Numbered from the whole stretch's first letter, positions 48,759 to 61,179 are shown. The stretch: 63,504 nt of DNA, filler included, from Octopus bimaculoides (GCF_001194135.2; 7 parts of 5 records of this genome joined end to end with filler, not necessarily neighbours in it); one strand, 5' to 3'. The notes: generated by a model from the letters alone, not told the origin. Translations and numbers: made by a program.

Positions 48759-50916
48759 ACATTATTTACATTATTTACATTTGACGGATATTTTTCCTCA
48801 TCTTGTTTGTTGTTAACACGTTTCGGCTGATATACCCTCACATAGGGTAGACAGACTGTGGACAGTTTATTAGTTTCATCCTCTCTTCTCTTCATAATTG
48901 GAGTAGATAGTATGTTTTTAGGGTAGTTGTTACTTAAGAGATTGCTACTTTGCTTAATCATTTCTTCGTGGTAGATATCACGATCGTTACTTATGTTCTT
49001 TGCTCGATGTTTTAGGCCCTGAGCAATCCCTCTCTTTACACTGTATGGATGGTGGGAATTGAAGTTGAGGTATCGTCCATTGCGGTATACAGATGTCCTG
49101 AATCCATACTTGGTGCGTGTTATTAATACGTCCAGGAATACTAGCTGATTGTCTTTTTCCTATTCCATTGTGAACTGTATGGATGGCTTTATTGAGTTCA
49201 TGATCTAACAGCACTTGGACATCTTCCTGGTGGGGCCAGAGTATAAAGGTGTCATCAACATATCGCAGCCATAGGGTTGGTTTTAGTGGTGTTGATCCTC
49301 AAGCCAAGTTCTCAAAGTATTCCATGTATATAATGGTTATTATCGGTAATAATGGCGAACCCATAGCTAAACCCACTTCTTGTCGATATATATCAGTGTC
49401 CATACTGAAGTAGGTAGTTCCTACACAGAAGGTCAACATTTCCATCAGGCTTCTTATTGGTATACTAGTGCGTTCTTTTAGATGGGTGTCTGTTTGTCTT
49501 GAATCACCGATAGTGCTTCACCAGTTGGGACTTTGGTGAACAGACTTATCACATCTAGACTCACCATCTGGTTGAATTCAATGGGGGTATCCTTGATCAA
49601 TTCTTTGAAGTGGGTGGAATTCTTCACGTACGATGTTGACTTTCCTGCTAATGGACTGATTATATCCGCAAGGAAGCGGCTCAGTGGATGACATGCTGAA
49701 CCTCTACAGCTCACTATAGATCTTAATGGAATACCATCCTTGTGAATCTTAGGGAGACCGTACATGTGTGGTAGTTTACTGTAGTGTTGAGTCAGTTTTC
49801 TATACCTCATTGGTGTAAAGTGATACTTGTTCTTGATCAAGCTCAGTGACAACTTCCTCTCTGTTTTCAGAGTTGGATCTTTCTTTTCTCTGCTGTAGCT
49901 ACCATCATTTATAAGACTTGCCAATTTTTCAGAGTAGTCAGACTTGTTCATCACCATTGTAGCATTTGCCTTGTCTGCTGGAAGTATTATGATGGAATTG
50001 TCACTCTGTAGTTTTTTGATGGCGAACTTTTCTTCCTTAGTGATGTTTGGTTTGGGAAATTTCCACCTTAGTTCATCTCCCTGAGCTTTTGGTATCTTTA
50101 TGGTTATCTCTTCAATAGGGGGTATTATTTCCAAGTATGGAATGCGCTTGATGGCTGTCGTAAAGTTGAGACCTTTGTTTAGTACTGCTTCTTCAGAGCT
50201 TTCTAGATGTCGGCTACTTATATTAATTACTGCTTTCACAGGTGGGTGACGGACTTCAGTCTCCTTTCTCCTTTAAGTTTCATAAACTTCTTAATCTGGC
50301 GTGTCTTCCCCATTTCAAATTCTTTCTTATGCGACTTTTCTAGATCTTGTTGGATTCTCTTTCTATCAATATCTCTGGTTATTTTCCAAAGTAATGACGA
50401 TATCCTCTCTTTGATTTCGCTATTTAGTTGATGTCTTTACCAACGGTTGTAATGGATCCTCTCACGGACAAGGGCATGTCCTGCCTTTTCCGCTACTCCT
50501 CTAGCTTTATATGAATCCAGTAGTGTCATTATATTCAAGCCAGGTGGCTTGAATATAGCTTTGAGTCTCTACATCTACACAGGAAAGTTAGATGGTTTGA
50601 AAGACGAGCTAGTTTTTGATGGAGTTTCTCTATATGTCTCCATTGAAGTCTAATGTCGGCTCCGTACCGATTAGATAATACAGTTCTATATTTAAGAGAT
50701 GATGAATTATGTACATTATTTACATTTGACAGATATGTGTCCTCATCTTGTTTGTTGTCAACACAACGTTTCGGCTGATATACCCTCCAGCCTTCATCAG
50801 GTGTCTTGGGGAAATTTCGAACCTGGGTTCACATTCCTAAGATATTTGTTGTGTCCTAACATATGTGCTGCTTCTTTTAGTTTTCGTATTTTCCAGTGGT
50901 GTTCTCTATCTATTAT
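48759..50916 (-). mobile_element. Penelope-like element 1: terminal repeat, N-terminal region and RT, with GIY-YIG deleted, then partial terminal repeat
   Basis: ORF 49478-50239 (LNKGLNF, PADK, YGLPKIHKDGIPLRSIVS, SLDVISLFTKVP), then GLAMGSPL and W.RYVDDTF in shifted frames; flanked by direct repeats at 48759-48838 and ~50700-50845. Confidence 0.92.
50760..50805 (-). ncRNA. Minimal PLE-type hammerhead (helix III reduced to the palindrome ACGT)
   Basis: GACAC-CTGATGA-A-GGCTG GAGGGTATAT CAGCC-GAAAC-GTT/GTGTT. Confidence 0.72.
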
Positions 50917-51413
50917 CTGTCTACCCTATGTGAAAGGCCTCTCCGAAAAGATGCAAAAGATATGTACTGACATCAGGACAGTATTCAGGAGTAATACAAC
51001 ACTTCGCAAATATCTCCTTCGAGTAAAACCACCAATAGAAGAGAATATGACTAAAGACTGCGTGTACTCCATCCCATGCAGCTGTGGTAGGTTATACAAA
51101 GGCGAAACATGTTGCCCCCTCAAAAAAAAGGGTAGACGAACATCGCAAAGCTGTGACACGAGGAGATATTGATATATCGGGTATAGCTGATCATGTATAG
51201 AAAAATGGAGACCACCTCCCCATGTGGGATGAAGTTAAAATAATAGATAGAGAACATCACTAGAAAATACGAAAACTAAAAGAAGCAGTACATATGTTAG
51301 GACACAACAACCTCCTAAGCAGACCGAGTGCAGATATGAATAGCATATGGAAACCGGTATTAAGGAAGGATAGGAAAATATTATATTTATATGCCCTAAA
51401 ATTCACTCGATAA
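50916..51413 (+). mobile_element. GIY-YIG endonuclease region of PLE 1, inverted relative to its RT
   Basis: CLPYVKGLSEK..DCVYSIPCSCGRLYKGET..EHRKA..SGIADH..REHH..LKEA..LLSRPS; frameshift and stops; last frame ends TAA 51411-51413. Confidence 0.9.
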
Positions 51414-51421
51414 TTGCCCAT

Positions 51422-51495
51422 GGGCATATGGCGTAGTGGTTAAGAACGCGGGCTACTAAGCCCACGATTCCGAGTTCGATTCCAGGCAGTGACCT
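51422..51495 (+). promoter_or_regulatory. tRNA-like segment with Pol III A and B boxes
   Basis: A box TGGCGTAGTGG (51429-51439), anticodon-like hairpin GGGC TACTAA GCCC, B box GAGTTCGATTC (51472-51482); no acceptor stem. Confidence 0.7.
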
Positions 51496-51561
51496 GAATA
51501 ATGACAACGACGACGACGACAACAATATAGGAATAAGAACCCAGGTTCGAAATTTTCCCAA

Positions 51562-51607
51562 GACACCTGATGAAGGCTAGAGGGTATATCAGCCGAAACG
51601 CTGTGTT
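51562..51607 (+). ncRNA. Hammerhead copy of the 50760 family; cleavage-site U mutated to C
   Basis: GACAC-CTGATGA-A-GGCT..AGCC-GAAAC-GCT/GTGTT. Confidence 0.62.
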
Positions 51608-51708
51608 AACAACAAACAAGATGAGGAGCATAGTGGGATCAGTGTTGTAAGGGTTGTAATTCATTTCTAATTCATTTTACCCTTTATCAACTACAAAATC
51701 TAAGACGG

Positions 51709-51820
51709 AGACTGTGTCTATTATGAATAAAGGACAAGAGTGATATGATAATATTTATGACCATACCTAACCATGAACTGTCAACTCACTCTTGTCCTTT
51801 ATTCAAAATAGACACAATCT
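51709..51820. mobile_element. Small MITE with ~35-bp inverted arms
   Basis: agactgtgtctattatgaataaaggacaagagtga / tcactcttgtcctttattcaaaatagacacaatct. Confidence 0.7.
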
Positions 51821-52349
51821 TCAGTAGCTGATTATTATATAAATGAATCAGAAATGAATTACAACCTTTAAAACCCTATGATCCCACTATGCTGCATGCG
51901 ATTCTTAGAATCTTCATATCCTGTTGCTTACTTTGATTTTATATGTATATATATATATATATATATATNNNNNNNNNNNNNNNNNNNNNNNNNNNNNNNN
52001 NNNNNNNNNNNNNNNNNNNNNNNNNNNNNNNNNNNNNNNNNNNNNNNNNNNNNNNNNNNNNNNNNNNNNNNNNNNNNNNNNNNNNNNNNNNNNNNNNNNN
52101 NNNNNNNNNNNNNNNNNNNNNNNNNNNNNNNNNNNNNNNNNNNNNNNNNNNNNNNNNNNNNNNNNNNNNNNNNNNNNNNNNNNNNNNNNNNNNNNNNNNN
52201 NNNNNNNNNNNNNNNNNNNNNNNNNNNNNNNNNNNNNNNNNNNNNNNNNNNNNNNNNNNNNNNNNNNNNNNNNNNNNNNNNNNNNNNNNNNNNNNNNNNN
52301 NNNNNNNNGAGTGTGTGTGTGTGTGCGTGTGTGTGTGGGTCGATGCATG

Positions 52350-52565
52350 TGTGTTTTTGTCTGTCCCCCCACCATCACTTGACAACCGATGTCGGTGTGT
52401 TTGTGTCACCTTAACTTAGCAGTTCAGCAAAACGACCGATAGACTCAAGACTAGACTAACAAAGAATTGGTCTTGGAATCGATTTCTTCGACTAAAAAAT
52501 TCTTTAAGGCAGCGCTCCCACATGGCTGCAGTCTAATGACTGAAACTAGTAAAAGAATAAAAGAA
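52350..52565 (+). mobile_element. SINE family B, 3' half
   Basis: cacttgacaaccgatgtcggtgtgttt..catggctgcagtctaatgactgaaac. Confidence 0.8.
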
Positions 52566-52569
52566 AAGA

Positions 52570-52604
<35 letters not shown>

Positions 52605-52789
52605 AATAAGGTACTCAGGGATCTGGATGGTTGTGTACATTTACAGATTTTTATTAATATGTCACATGTTTTTATAAATCATAATTAGCGCTTTCATCTA
52701 CTCTAATAGATTCTTCAGATTCAATTTTTTTTAAGGGATTCGTCTCTTTTTATAGTATTATTGAGTGTGTAGGGGTGAAGAGAGAGAGA

Positions 52790-54954
52790 GAAAAACTGGC
52801 GGGACAAGAACAACCCAATACTCCCTAGAAAATTCCTTATCAAAGAAATAAGGGGTGAAACACTGGAAGAAACAATAATACGTGCAGACCTAGCGCTATG
52901 CCGACTGGAAACAGAAATTTCCCTTCTACAAACACAAAGATTACATCAGGAAGATAAGATTAAAACAATTGATGCCGTCATAATGGCCGAAATAACAGAA
53001 AGGAATAATAACCAAAAGAAAGAAAAACTACACCAATTATGGAAAGAGGATACTAAACAAGAGGAAAGATCCAGAATTATGTGGAACAAACAACAAGAGT
53101 GGTTCTTAAACTACGAAAGGAACTATAGGGAAAAATCCATTATGAAAACAAAACCACCAAAACAAACGAAAAGATACAAAAAACCAAAATCACAAACATA
53201 TTGAACTCCCAAACATCCACATAAACTCTACCAAACACAAACCAAAAACCTGCTCCTTACACTGCCAAACCCTCCAATAAACAGACACACAAAATATGAA
53301 ATACGACCATCGACCCAAAACCCTAGAAAGACAGATACATAGACAGCAAGACAAAAAAGACACATACAACCAACAACCTATAACACTTGGAGAGAACAAA
53401 CGGAATATGAACAACCACTAACACATAGCGCTGAAATCCAAAATGGATACACAAATGGAACGATGGACAAGTAGATAGAAATCAACTCATAACCTACAAT
53501 AAAAGTCGAGGAAGTCCACGCCATACAAAAATTAAGCCCCATGCGACCCCACAAATTTACTAGATAGAAAACAACCACCATTTCACCCCTTACAAGGGAA
53601 GTGACAAACACCTAGACGCATACTTAGAGACAATCTCCAAATTCCCTCTCAACACACATAAAAGCAAACAGAACCTCCACAGAGGAGAAAACAAGCCTTA
53701 CACAAACTAAAAAATGACAAGTCAATCATTTTAAAAGAAGTTGACAAAGGTGGGGCAATAGTTATTATGGATACAGATTACTACAAAGAAAAGATACTGG
53801 ATATACTTAACAACCAGATATACTATAAAGAGGAATCAACACAACCGGAGAAAGCAACATTAAAAAAAAACTGGAACATTAGTCAATGAATACCAAGACT
53901 CCTTTACAGACTCCTTTACAGACAACGAGAAAGACTATTTATGCAACTCAAGAAGCAAAGAAAGCAATTTTTATGGACTACCTAAAATTCATAAAAGCTC
54001 TAAAATACAGAGAGCCATAAATGAACAGAGGAGCCATTATATAAGAATACAAAGGCCAGCAGACCTCACACTGAGACCAATAGTTGTAAGGCCCCAAGCG
54101 CCAACACAACAACTAAGCCACTTCATAGATGTTCTCCTCAAACCTTTATGCCCACTGATACCAAGCTACATAAGGGATGACATAGACTTCCTCACACACA
54201 TTCCAAATACGGTTCCAGAAAACACCATACTTGCAAGCTTCGATGTCACAAACGTATACACGAATATCCCACACACCCTGAGTCTGGAAGCGATAAAACA
54301 CTGGGTAGAAAAATACAGGGAACTCATAGATAAACGTTTCAAAACAGACTTTATCACCAAAGCCACCCAATTAATACTTGAAGAAAACACATTCACATTT
54401 AACAAGACATACCGACAGATAAGGGCACGGTTATGGGTACGAAATTCGCACCTTTATACGCCAACCTGGTGATGGGTTTCCTTGAGAACAAATAGGGAAA
54501 GTCTTCGAACACGACTTCAGAGAAGACATCAAGAAAAAATGGAAACATTACCTCGATGACTGTTTTATCTTTTGGAACAGATCAGAAGATCTACGAACAT
54601 TCCACAACATCCTCAACACACTACACCCATCTACCAACTTCACGATAGAAACCAGCTACAACGAACTTCCCTTCCTAGACATCAACATCAAGATACACAA
54701 CTCCATCGTCACAACAGATATCTACTACAAAAAACCGACACACACCAATATTTAAATTTCTACTCCTGCCACCCATCCCACATAAAAAGAAACATTCCAT
54801 ATAGTACGGCAAGACGCATATGCAGTATAGTGGCCGACTCACAGACTCGCCAAATAAGACTAAATGAACTTTAAAACTTCCTACTAGAACAGAAATACCC
54901 ACTCACCTTAATAAAAAAAATGGAATCTCAAGAGCAATGAAACTGGACATCACA
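52790..54954 (+). mobile_element. Penelope-like element 2 (Neptune-like), N-terminal region and RT, cut by a gap
   Basis: EVDKGGAIVIM, FYGLPKIHKS..LRPIV, SFDVTNVYTNIPH, GTKFAPLYANL, WKHYLDDCF, LPFLDI, YLNFYSCHPSHIKRNIPYS; frameshifts in A runs. Confidence 0.9.
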
Positions 54955-55054
54955 NNNNNNNNNNNNNNNNNNNNNNNNNNNNNNNNNNNNNNNNNNNNTT
55001 AATTAATTAANNNNNNNNNNNNNNNNNNNNNNNNNNNNNNNNNNNNNNNNNNNN
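54955..55054. other. Artificial scaffold join with TTAATTAATTAA (54999-55010)
   Basis: Same cassette as 3942. Confidence 0.95.
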
Positions 55055-55067
55055 ATATATGCATATG

Positions 55068-55452
55068 TCTTTTATCTTACTTGTTTCAGTCATTGGAATG
55101 CAACCATGCTGTAGCACTGTCCTGAAGGGCTATAATCAAATGAATCAACACTAGTACTTACTTTGTAAGCCTGACACTTATTCTGTTAGTCTCTTAAACT
55201 GAACTGCTAGGTTATGAGGCATGAGCAAACCAATACCAGTTGTCAAGTAGTGGTGGTGGAAAGCACAAATACATACATACACACACACACACACATACAT
55301 ATGTTTATACGATGGGCTTCTTTCAGTTTCCATCTACCTAATTCACTCACAAGGCTCTCCTCAGGCTGGGGCAATAGGAGAAGACACTCGGTCAAGGTGC
55401 CATGAAATGGGACTGAGTACTATCTGGTTGGGAAGCACACTGCTCTGCCACT
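55068..55452 (-). mobile_element. SINE family B, diverged
   Basis: Reverse-complement match from tail (cttgtttcagtcatt) to head (gggaagc). Confidence 0.75.
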
Positions 55453-55951
55453 GTTTCCATGACACAAGTGAAAATGTTTGTAACTCTATAATACTTACAA
55501 AAATTAATTGTAATGATTAAATTTATTTGACTGAATGTGATGTGTAAGTTATTTCCTGAGGAATATTTCTGCAACATGAAAATCAAATTACGATTGCTGA
55601 TGATAAATATAGCATGTAGAGAGAATATAAAAAATAAAATGTGTATTATAAACAAAATATACAATACAGAAATAAATATAATAAACAAAACATACAGGAA
55701 GTAAATTTATTATAAATATGCAGTAAGGAAAATGCTGTTATAAAGACACAGTTAAAGAGAGAGAGAAAGAGAAGAGCAATACTATTCAATATAACTTAAA
55801 CTAATCAAAAGACAATTATGCCTTGATAGGTCTCTTATTCATGCATCCATATATTAGAAAGCAAAGAAAGCACTTGACTTTGTTGCCATAGTTAGATTAA
55901 GTAAAGTACACAAAGTATAATAATATGCTTAAGATGAGCATTATTTAGAAA

Positions 55952-56282
55952 ATGATGTCACACGTTATCGAGGCTACCATTCTTTCTGGACGTGCAAAAG
56001 GGGATGACGTCTTTATTCCAAGAATTCCGCTTACTCCATCAGGAGCAGACATTCCTTTTAAATTCAGAAGACTACAATTCCCCCTTCGTGTGACTTTTGC
56101 CATGTCCATAAACAAATATCAGGGTCAAACACTGTCTGTAGCTGGTCTTCTCTTGGAAGAGCCCTGCTTCTCACATGGTCAACTGTATGTTGGCTGCTCA
56201 AGAGTGGGCAGCAACAAAAAACCTATTTGTATATGCTCCACAAGGGAAAACAAGGAACATAGTTTACAATGAGGTGTTATAA
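55952..56282 (+). mobile_element. Helitron PIF1-like helicase C-terminal fragment
   Basis: VFIPRIPL..FRRLQFPLRVTFAMSINKYQGQTL..PCFSHGQLYVGCSRV, then after a frameshift KTRNIVYNEVL*. Confidence 0.88.
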
Positions 56283-56721
56283 TCACAACAGCAAGAAAGT
56301 ATGTNNNNNNNNNNNNNNNNNNNNNNNNNNNNNNNNNNNNNNNNNNNNNNNNNNNNNNNNNNNNNNNNNNNNNNNNNNNNNNNNNNNNNNNNNNNNNNNN
56401 NNNNNNNNNNNNNNNNNNNNNNNNNNNNNNNNNNNNNNNNNNNNNNNNNNNNNNNNNNNNNNNNNNNNNNNNNNNNNNNNNNNNNNNNNNNNNNNNNNNN
56501 NNNNNNNNNNNNNNNNNNNNNNNNNNNNNNNNNNNNNNNNNNNNNNNNNNNNNNNNNNNNNNNNNNNNNNNNNNNNNNNNNNNNNNNNNNNNNNNNNNNN
56601 NNNNNNNNNNNNNNNNNNNNNNNNNNNNNNNNNNNNNNNNNNNNNNNNNNNNNNNNNNNNNNNNNNNNNNNNNNNNNNNNNNNNNNNNNNNNNNNNNNNN
56701 NNNNNNNNNNNNNNNNNNNNN

Positions 56722-56787
<66 letters not shown>

Positions 56788-56944
56788 ATACATATATACA
56801 CACGCGTACAAACAAATATATATATATATTACACACATACAAACAAATGCATATATATACATACACACACACATATATATATATATAAATATGCAAATAT
56901 ATACACACATATATATATTTGTAAATATATGTGTTTGTATGTGT

Positions 56945-56999
<55 letters not shown>

Positions 57000-57388
57000 N
57001 NNNNNNNNNNNNNNNNNNNNNNNNNNNNNNNNNNNNNNNNNNNNNNNNNNNNNNNNNNNNNNNNNNNNNNNNNNNNNNNNNNNNNNNNNNNNNNNNNNNN
57101 NNNNNNNNNNNNNNNNNNNNNNNNNNNNNNNNNNNNNNNNNNNNNNNNNNNNNNNNNNNNNNNNNNNNNNNNNNNNNNNNNNNNNNNNNNNNNNNNNNNN
57201 NNNNNNNNNNNNNNNNNNNNNNNNNNNNNNNNNNNNNNNNNNNNNNNNNNNNNNNNNNNNNNNNNNNNNNNNNNNNNNNNNNNNNNNNNNNNNNNNNNNN
57301 NNNNNNNNNNNNNNNNNNNNNNNNNNNNNNNNNNNNNNNNNNNNNNNNNNNNNNNNNNNNNNNNNNNNNNNNNNNNNNNNNNNNNNNN

Positions 57389-57432
<44 letters not shown>

Positions 57433-57627
57433 TAAACACATGCACATGCAATATAATACCTGTTACTGCCTCTACATTGAAACAATAATAACATACTGGA
57501 GTTTAGCGACACGGTAAAGAATTGAGCTCTTGAAATTTTGTAGAAGTATATTTTCCACTGCATAAGCACTTATTCAATAAATTAAAAATAAATTCACTCA
57601 CTCACACATATTCTGTGTGTGAGTGTG

Positions 57628-57684
<57 letters not shown>

Positions 57685-58490
57685 ATGTATATATACATAT
57701 ACATCACCTCCAAACCTTCCAATATACATACATATATATATATATATCTATATATATATATATATCTATATATATATATATATATATATATCTGTTATAT
57801 GTATACACATAGACAATCACATGTACAAACACACACTTATATTCCAACATAATGTTCAGGACTATATAAGGAAGTTGACTATTAATTCTGTATATTTTGA
57901 GTCCTTTAATGTTTGCTGTATTTATTCTCTGCTGAATGTAATCAAGCTTGCTTGAACACAACTTAATTCCTGTGTGGGAATATACAAGAACATGTATAAC
58001 AGTGTATCTCTGTGCATGTGTGTGTGTGTGTGCATGCATGCGCATGTGTGTGCGCGTGTATATGTGCAAGTGTTCATGTTTAGCATTATGTGTATTATCT
58101 TCGTATGCACTATTGTGTGTTTGTTAGTGTGTTTAGGCACAAGTGTTTGTATGTGTGAGCTGGTAGCATCAGGGTTTAGGGTTTTTATTTTTTCATGATA
58201 TATGTATGTGCATGTCTGTGTATGTGTGTGTGTGTCCCAGTGTGTTGATATGTGTGTGTACAAGCATTGTAAGTATGTGCATGTGCACATGTATAGTGTT
58301 TCAAATTTGTGTATATGTTTTTGACAATGTGTGTGTACATGCGAGTTGTAAGCGTCATGTTTTTCATGGTATATGCGTGTATGTGCTAATGTGCAGGCTT
58401 GTGTATGCTTGCACTGTAAGCATTAATTTTTTTCCTATGATATATACATGTGCATGTCACTTTCTGCTTCTGTATGTATGTATGCATGTG

Positions 58491-58529
<39 letters not shown>

Positions 58530-59394
58530 TTGGGTATGTATGTATGTGTGAGTGTGAGTAGGCTTTTAGCATCAAGTTTCTCATAATACACTCATGCCTG
58601 CTGTGTGTATGTGTGAATGTATGTGCATGGATACATGCATGTCATTGTGTGCATATCTGCATGCATACACAAATTTGTGGGTGTTTGTGTATGCCTCAGG
58701 CTTCACATGGATATTAACAATCTGTACATGCTTTGTGATAACATCAGACACAGAGAAAGAAGAGAGATATATGCATACAACTGCATGTATACGTTTATGT
58801 GTGTACGGATTTGTATACTATACATGTAACACACATTCATATACATACACACGTATCTAACAAGCACTCAATGCACAATCAAGAAACCCATCACTAACCA
58901 ATACCATAGTTCTCACAAAAATTACACCACTCAGTATCCCACCCTCTAGTGAATACATTTAAGCTCTCTGAAATTTGCTCTGTATCCTAAGAGTATGAAA
59001 CCCAACTACTATGGTAACCCTGTCCCTTGCTACAGTAATGTCAATCTGTTTCTTTAATGTAAGTCAGGAAACAAAAATAAAAAAAATATTCAGAGAAACA
59101 ATCATGATCTATCTAACAATGTAACTACAACTACAGTGGCTCCAGAAACCAAGTATTCCCTAACTATGGGAATGCAATTTTAGCTATACTGTATCGGGCA
59201 AAAGAATCCAGAGATATATGGTTATAACACATCGAGCTCTACATTACCCCCAACAAAACCATTTTAAAATATTTTAATAAGTGTATGATGAAGCAAAAAT
59301 TTTTTTTGCCATGAAATATACTTGTAAAATAAGGGTCTATCGTATCAGGGAGTGTGTCTTACATGCCAGCAAAAACAGTATATATATAAAACAC

Positions 59395-59555
59395 AGGTGT
59401 GTCTGTGTGGTTACAACATTTGCTCCCCAACAAAATGGTTTGCAGTTCAGTCCCACTGCATGGCACCTTGACCCGGTGTCTTTTACTATTCTGTCGAGCT
59501 GTCTAAAGCCTTGCAATTGGTTTTGTGAAAGAAAACTGAAAGAAGCTCATTCTGT
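59395..59555 (+). mobile_element. SINE family B, 5' half
   Basis: ttcagtcccactgcatggcaccttg..aaactgaaagaagc. Confidence 0.7.
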
Positions 59556-59722
59556 TTAAGTATGTGTGTGTATTTCATTATTTCTGCACCTTGCCAACTG
59601 TATAGAACATGCATTGCTGAATATCTCTGGTAAGGTAGGAACATGTCTGTCGGTTATATATATATATTGTTGTACTTGGGAATGGTCATATTGCCAGTTT
59701 AGCCAATAAAAACACACGCACC

Positions 59723-59758
<36 letters not shown>

Positions 59759-59829
59759 CACCTAATACACTCTCAGAGTAGTTGGCATTAGAAATGGCAT
59801 CTAGCTGTAGAAATCTTGTCAAATCAGAT

Positions 59830-59957
59830 TGGAGCCCGATGCAGCCTCCCAGCTTGCCAGTCCTCAGTCCTCAGTCAAACCATCCAACCCGTACCAGCAT
59901 GGAAGGCAAATGTTAAACGATGACGATGACGATGATGATGATGATGATGATGATGAT
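59830..59957 (+). mobile_element. RTE-type 3' tail repeat ending in (GAT)n
   Basis: Homologous to 11137-11242. Confidence 0.7.
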
Positions 59958-60113
59958 ATTAGCTTCACAGATCTGTATATGCTATATATATATATATANN
60001 NNNNNNNNNNNNNNNNNNNNNNNNNNNNNNNNNNNNNNNNNNNNNNNNNNNNNNNNNNNNNNNNNNNNNNNNNNNNNNNNNNNNNNNNNNNNNNNNNNNN
60101 NNNNNNNNNNNNN

Positions 60114-60520
60114 GGCGCAGGAGTGGCTGTGTGGTAAGTAGCTTTCTTACCAACCACATGGTTCCAGGTTCAGTCCCACTGTGTGGCACCTTGGGCAAGT
60201 GTCTTCTACTATAGCCTCGGGCCGACCAAAACCTTGTGAGTGGATTTGGTAGATGGAAACTGAAAGAAGCCTGTCGTATATATGTATATATATGTATGTG
60301 TGTGTATATGTTTGTGTGTCTGTGTTTGTCTCCCCAACTTCGCTTGATAACCGATGCTGGTGTGTTTATGTCCCCGTAACGTAGCAGTTCAGCAAAAAGA
60401 GACCAATAGAATAAGTATTAGGCTTACAAAGAATAAGTCCTGGGGTCGATTTGCTTGACTAAAGGTAGTGCCCCAGTATGGCCGCAGTTAAATGACTGAA
60501 ACAAGTAAAAGAGTAAAAGA
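60114..60520 (+). mobile_element. SINE family B, near full-length
   Basis: ggcgcaggagtggctgtgtggtaag..ggttcagtccc..gactgaaacaagtaaaaga. Confidence 0.9.
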
Positions 60521-60596
60521 GTATATATGAAAAGTTTTGGTATCTGGAAGACCCATAATGCAGATAAGGCTTCCTTTTATTTAACTCTCGCATATC

Positions 60597-60644
60597 GTCT
60601 CTGATGATGGGATATCCTTTATATCCCTGAAACAGCTGTAAGAC
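60597..60644 (+). ncRNA. Type I hammerhead ribozyme with palindromic loop III
   Basis: GTCT-CTGATGA-T-GGGATAT CCTTT ATATCCC-T-GAAAC-AGCT-GTA/AGAC; complete core. Confidence 0.78.
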
Positions 60645-61179
60645 TACCTTTCTCTTTATAAATGTCCTAGAAATTTCACACTGCCTTGGCATTGTTGTCT
60701 CATTTTATTTACCACACACACACAAACACATACACACACATACACACACACATATTTATACACACATTCATACAGACGTCTATAGATTTGCCTTTTGGCT
60801 CTAAATTGCGAATGAGCCACCTTTATTATAATTTTCACTTTTACCATTTATGAAATCCCCATGAGATTTCTATGGAAACTCTTATTAATTGACAAGGCGA
60901 GCCAGCTTAACCCTAGGCAGCCGGGTAAGAACCACTTATGAGCATTAATAAAAATGTGAAATCACTGGTGATCTGGCTATGCCCTGGATGCTGTAAGGAA
61001 CTAACCTCCCTTGTCAGGCATAAGATAAGTACCTTATCATAACTAAGACTTGTTTTGGCTCTTATTTCTAGCAATGCTGATGCTCACTTAGTCACTATAG
61101 TGACGTCCATAGTTCTGCCTTTTGGTTTTAAATTGTGAATAAGCCACCTTTATTATTTATATATGGATGTATATATAAT

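Noticed and set aside
51422-51495. tRNA gene (also the heads of SINE families A, B and the 24152 element)
   Set aside because: A and B boxes are present but no acceptor stem or complete cloverleaf; tRNA-derived repeat heads only.
56179-58860. ORFs of YI, CV and MYVC repeats, and other X-containing ORFs (e.g. 44741-45678, 51878-52419)
   Set aside because: (TA)n, (TG)n and (TATG)n tracts plus gaps; not coding.
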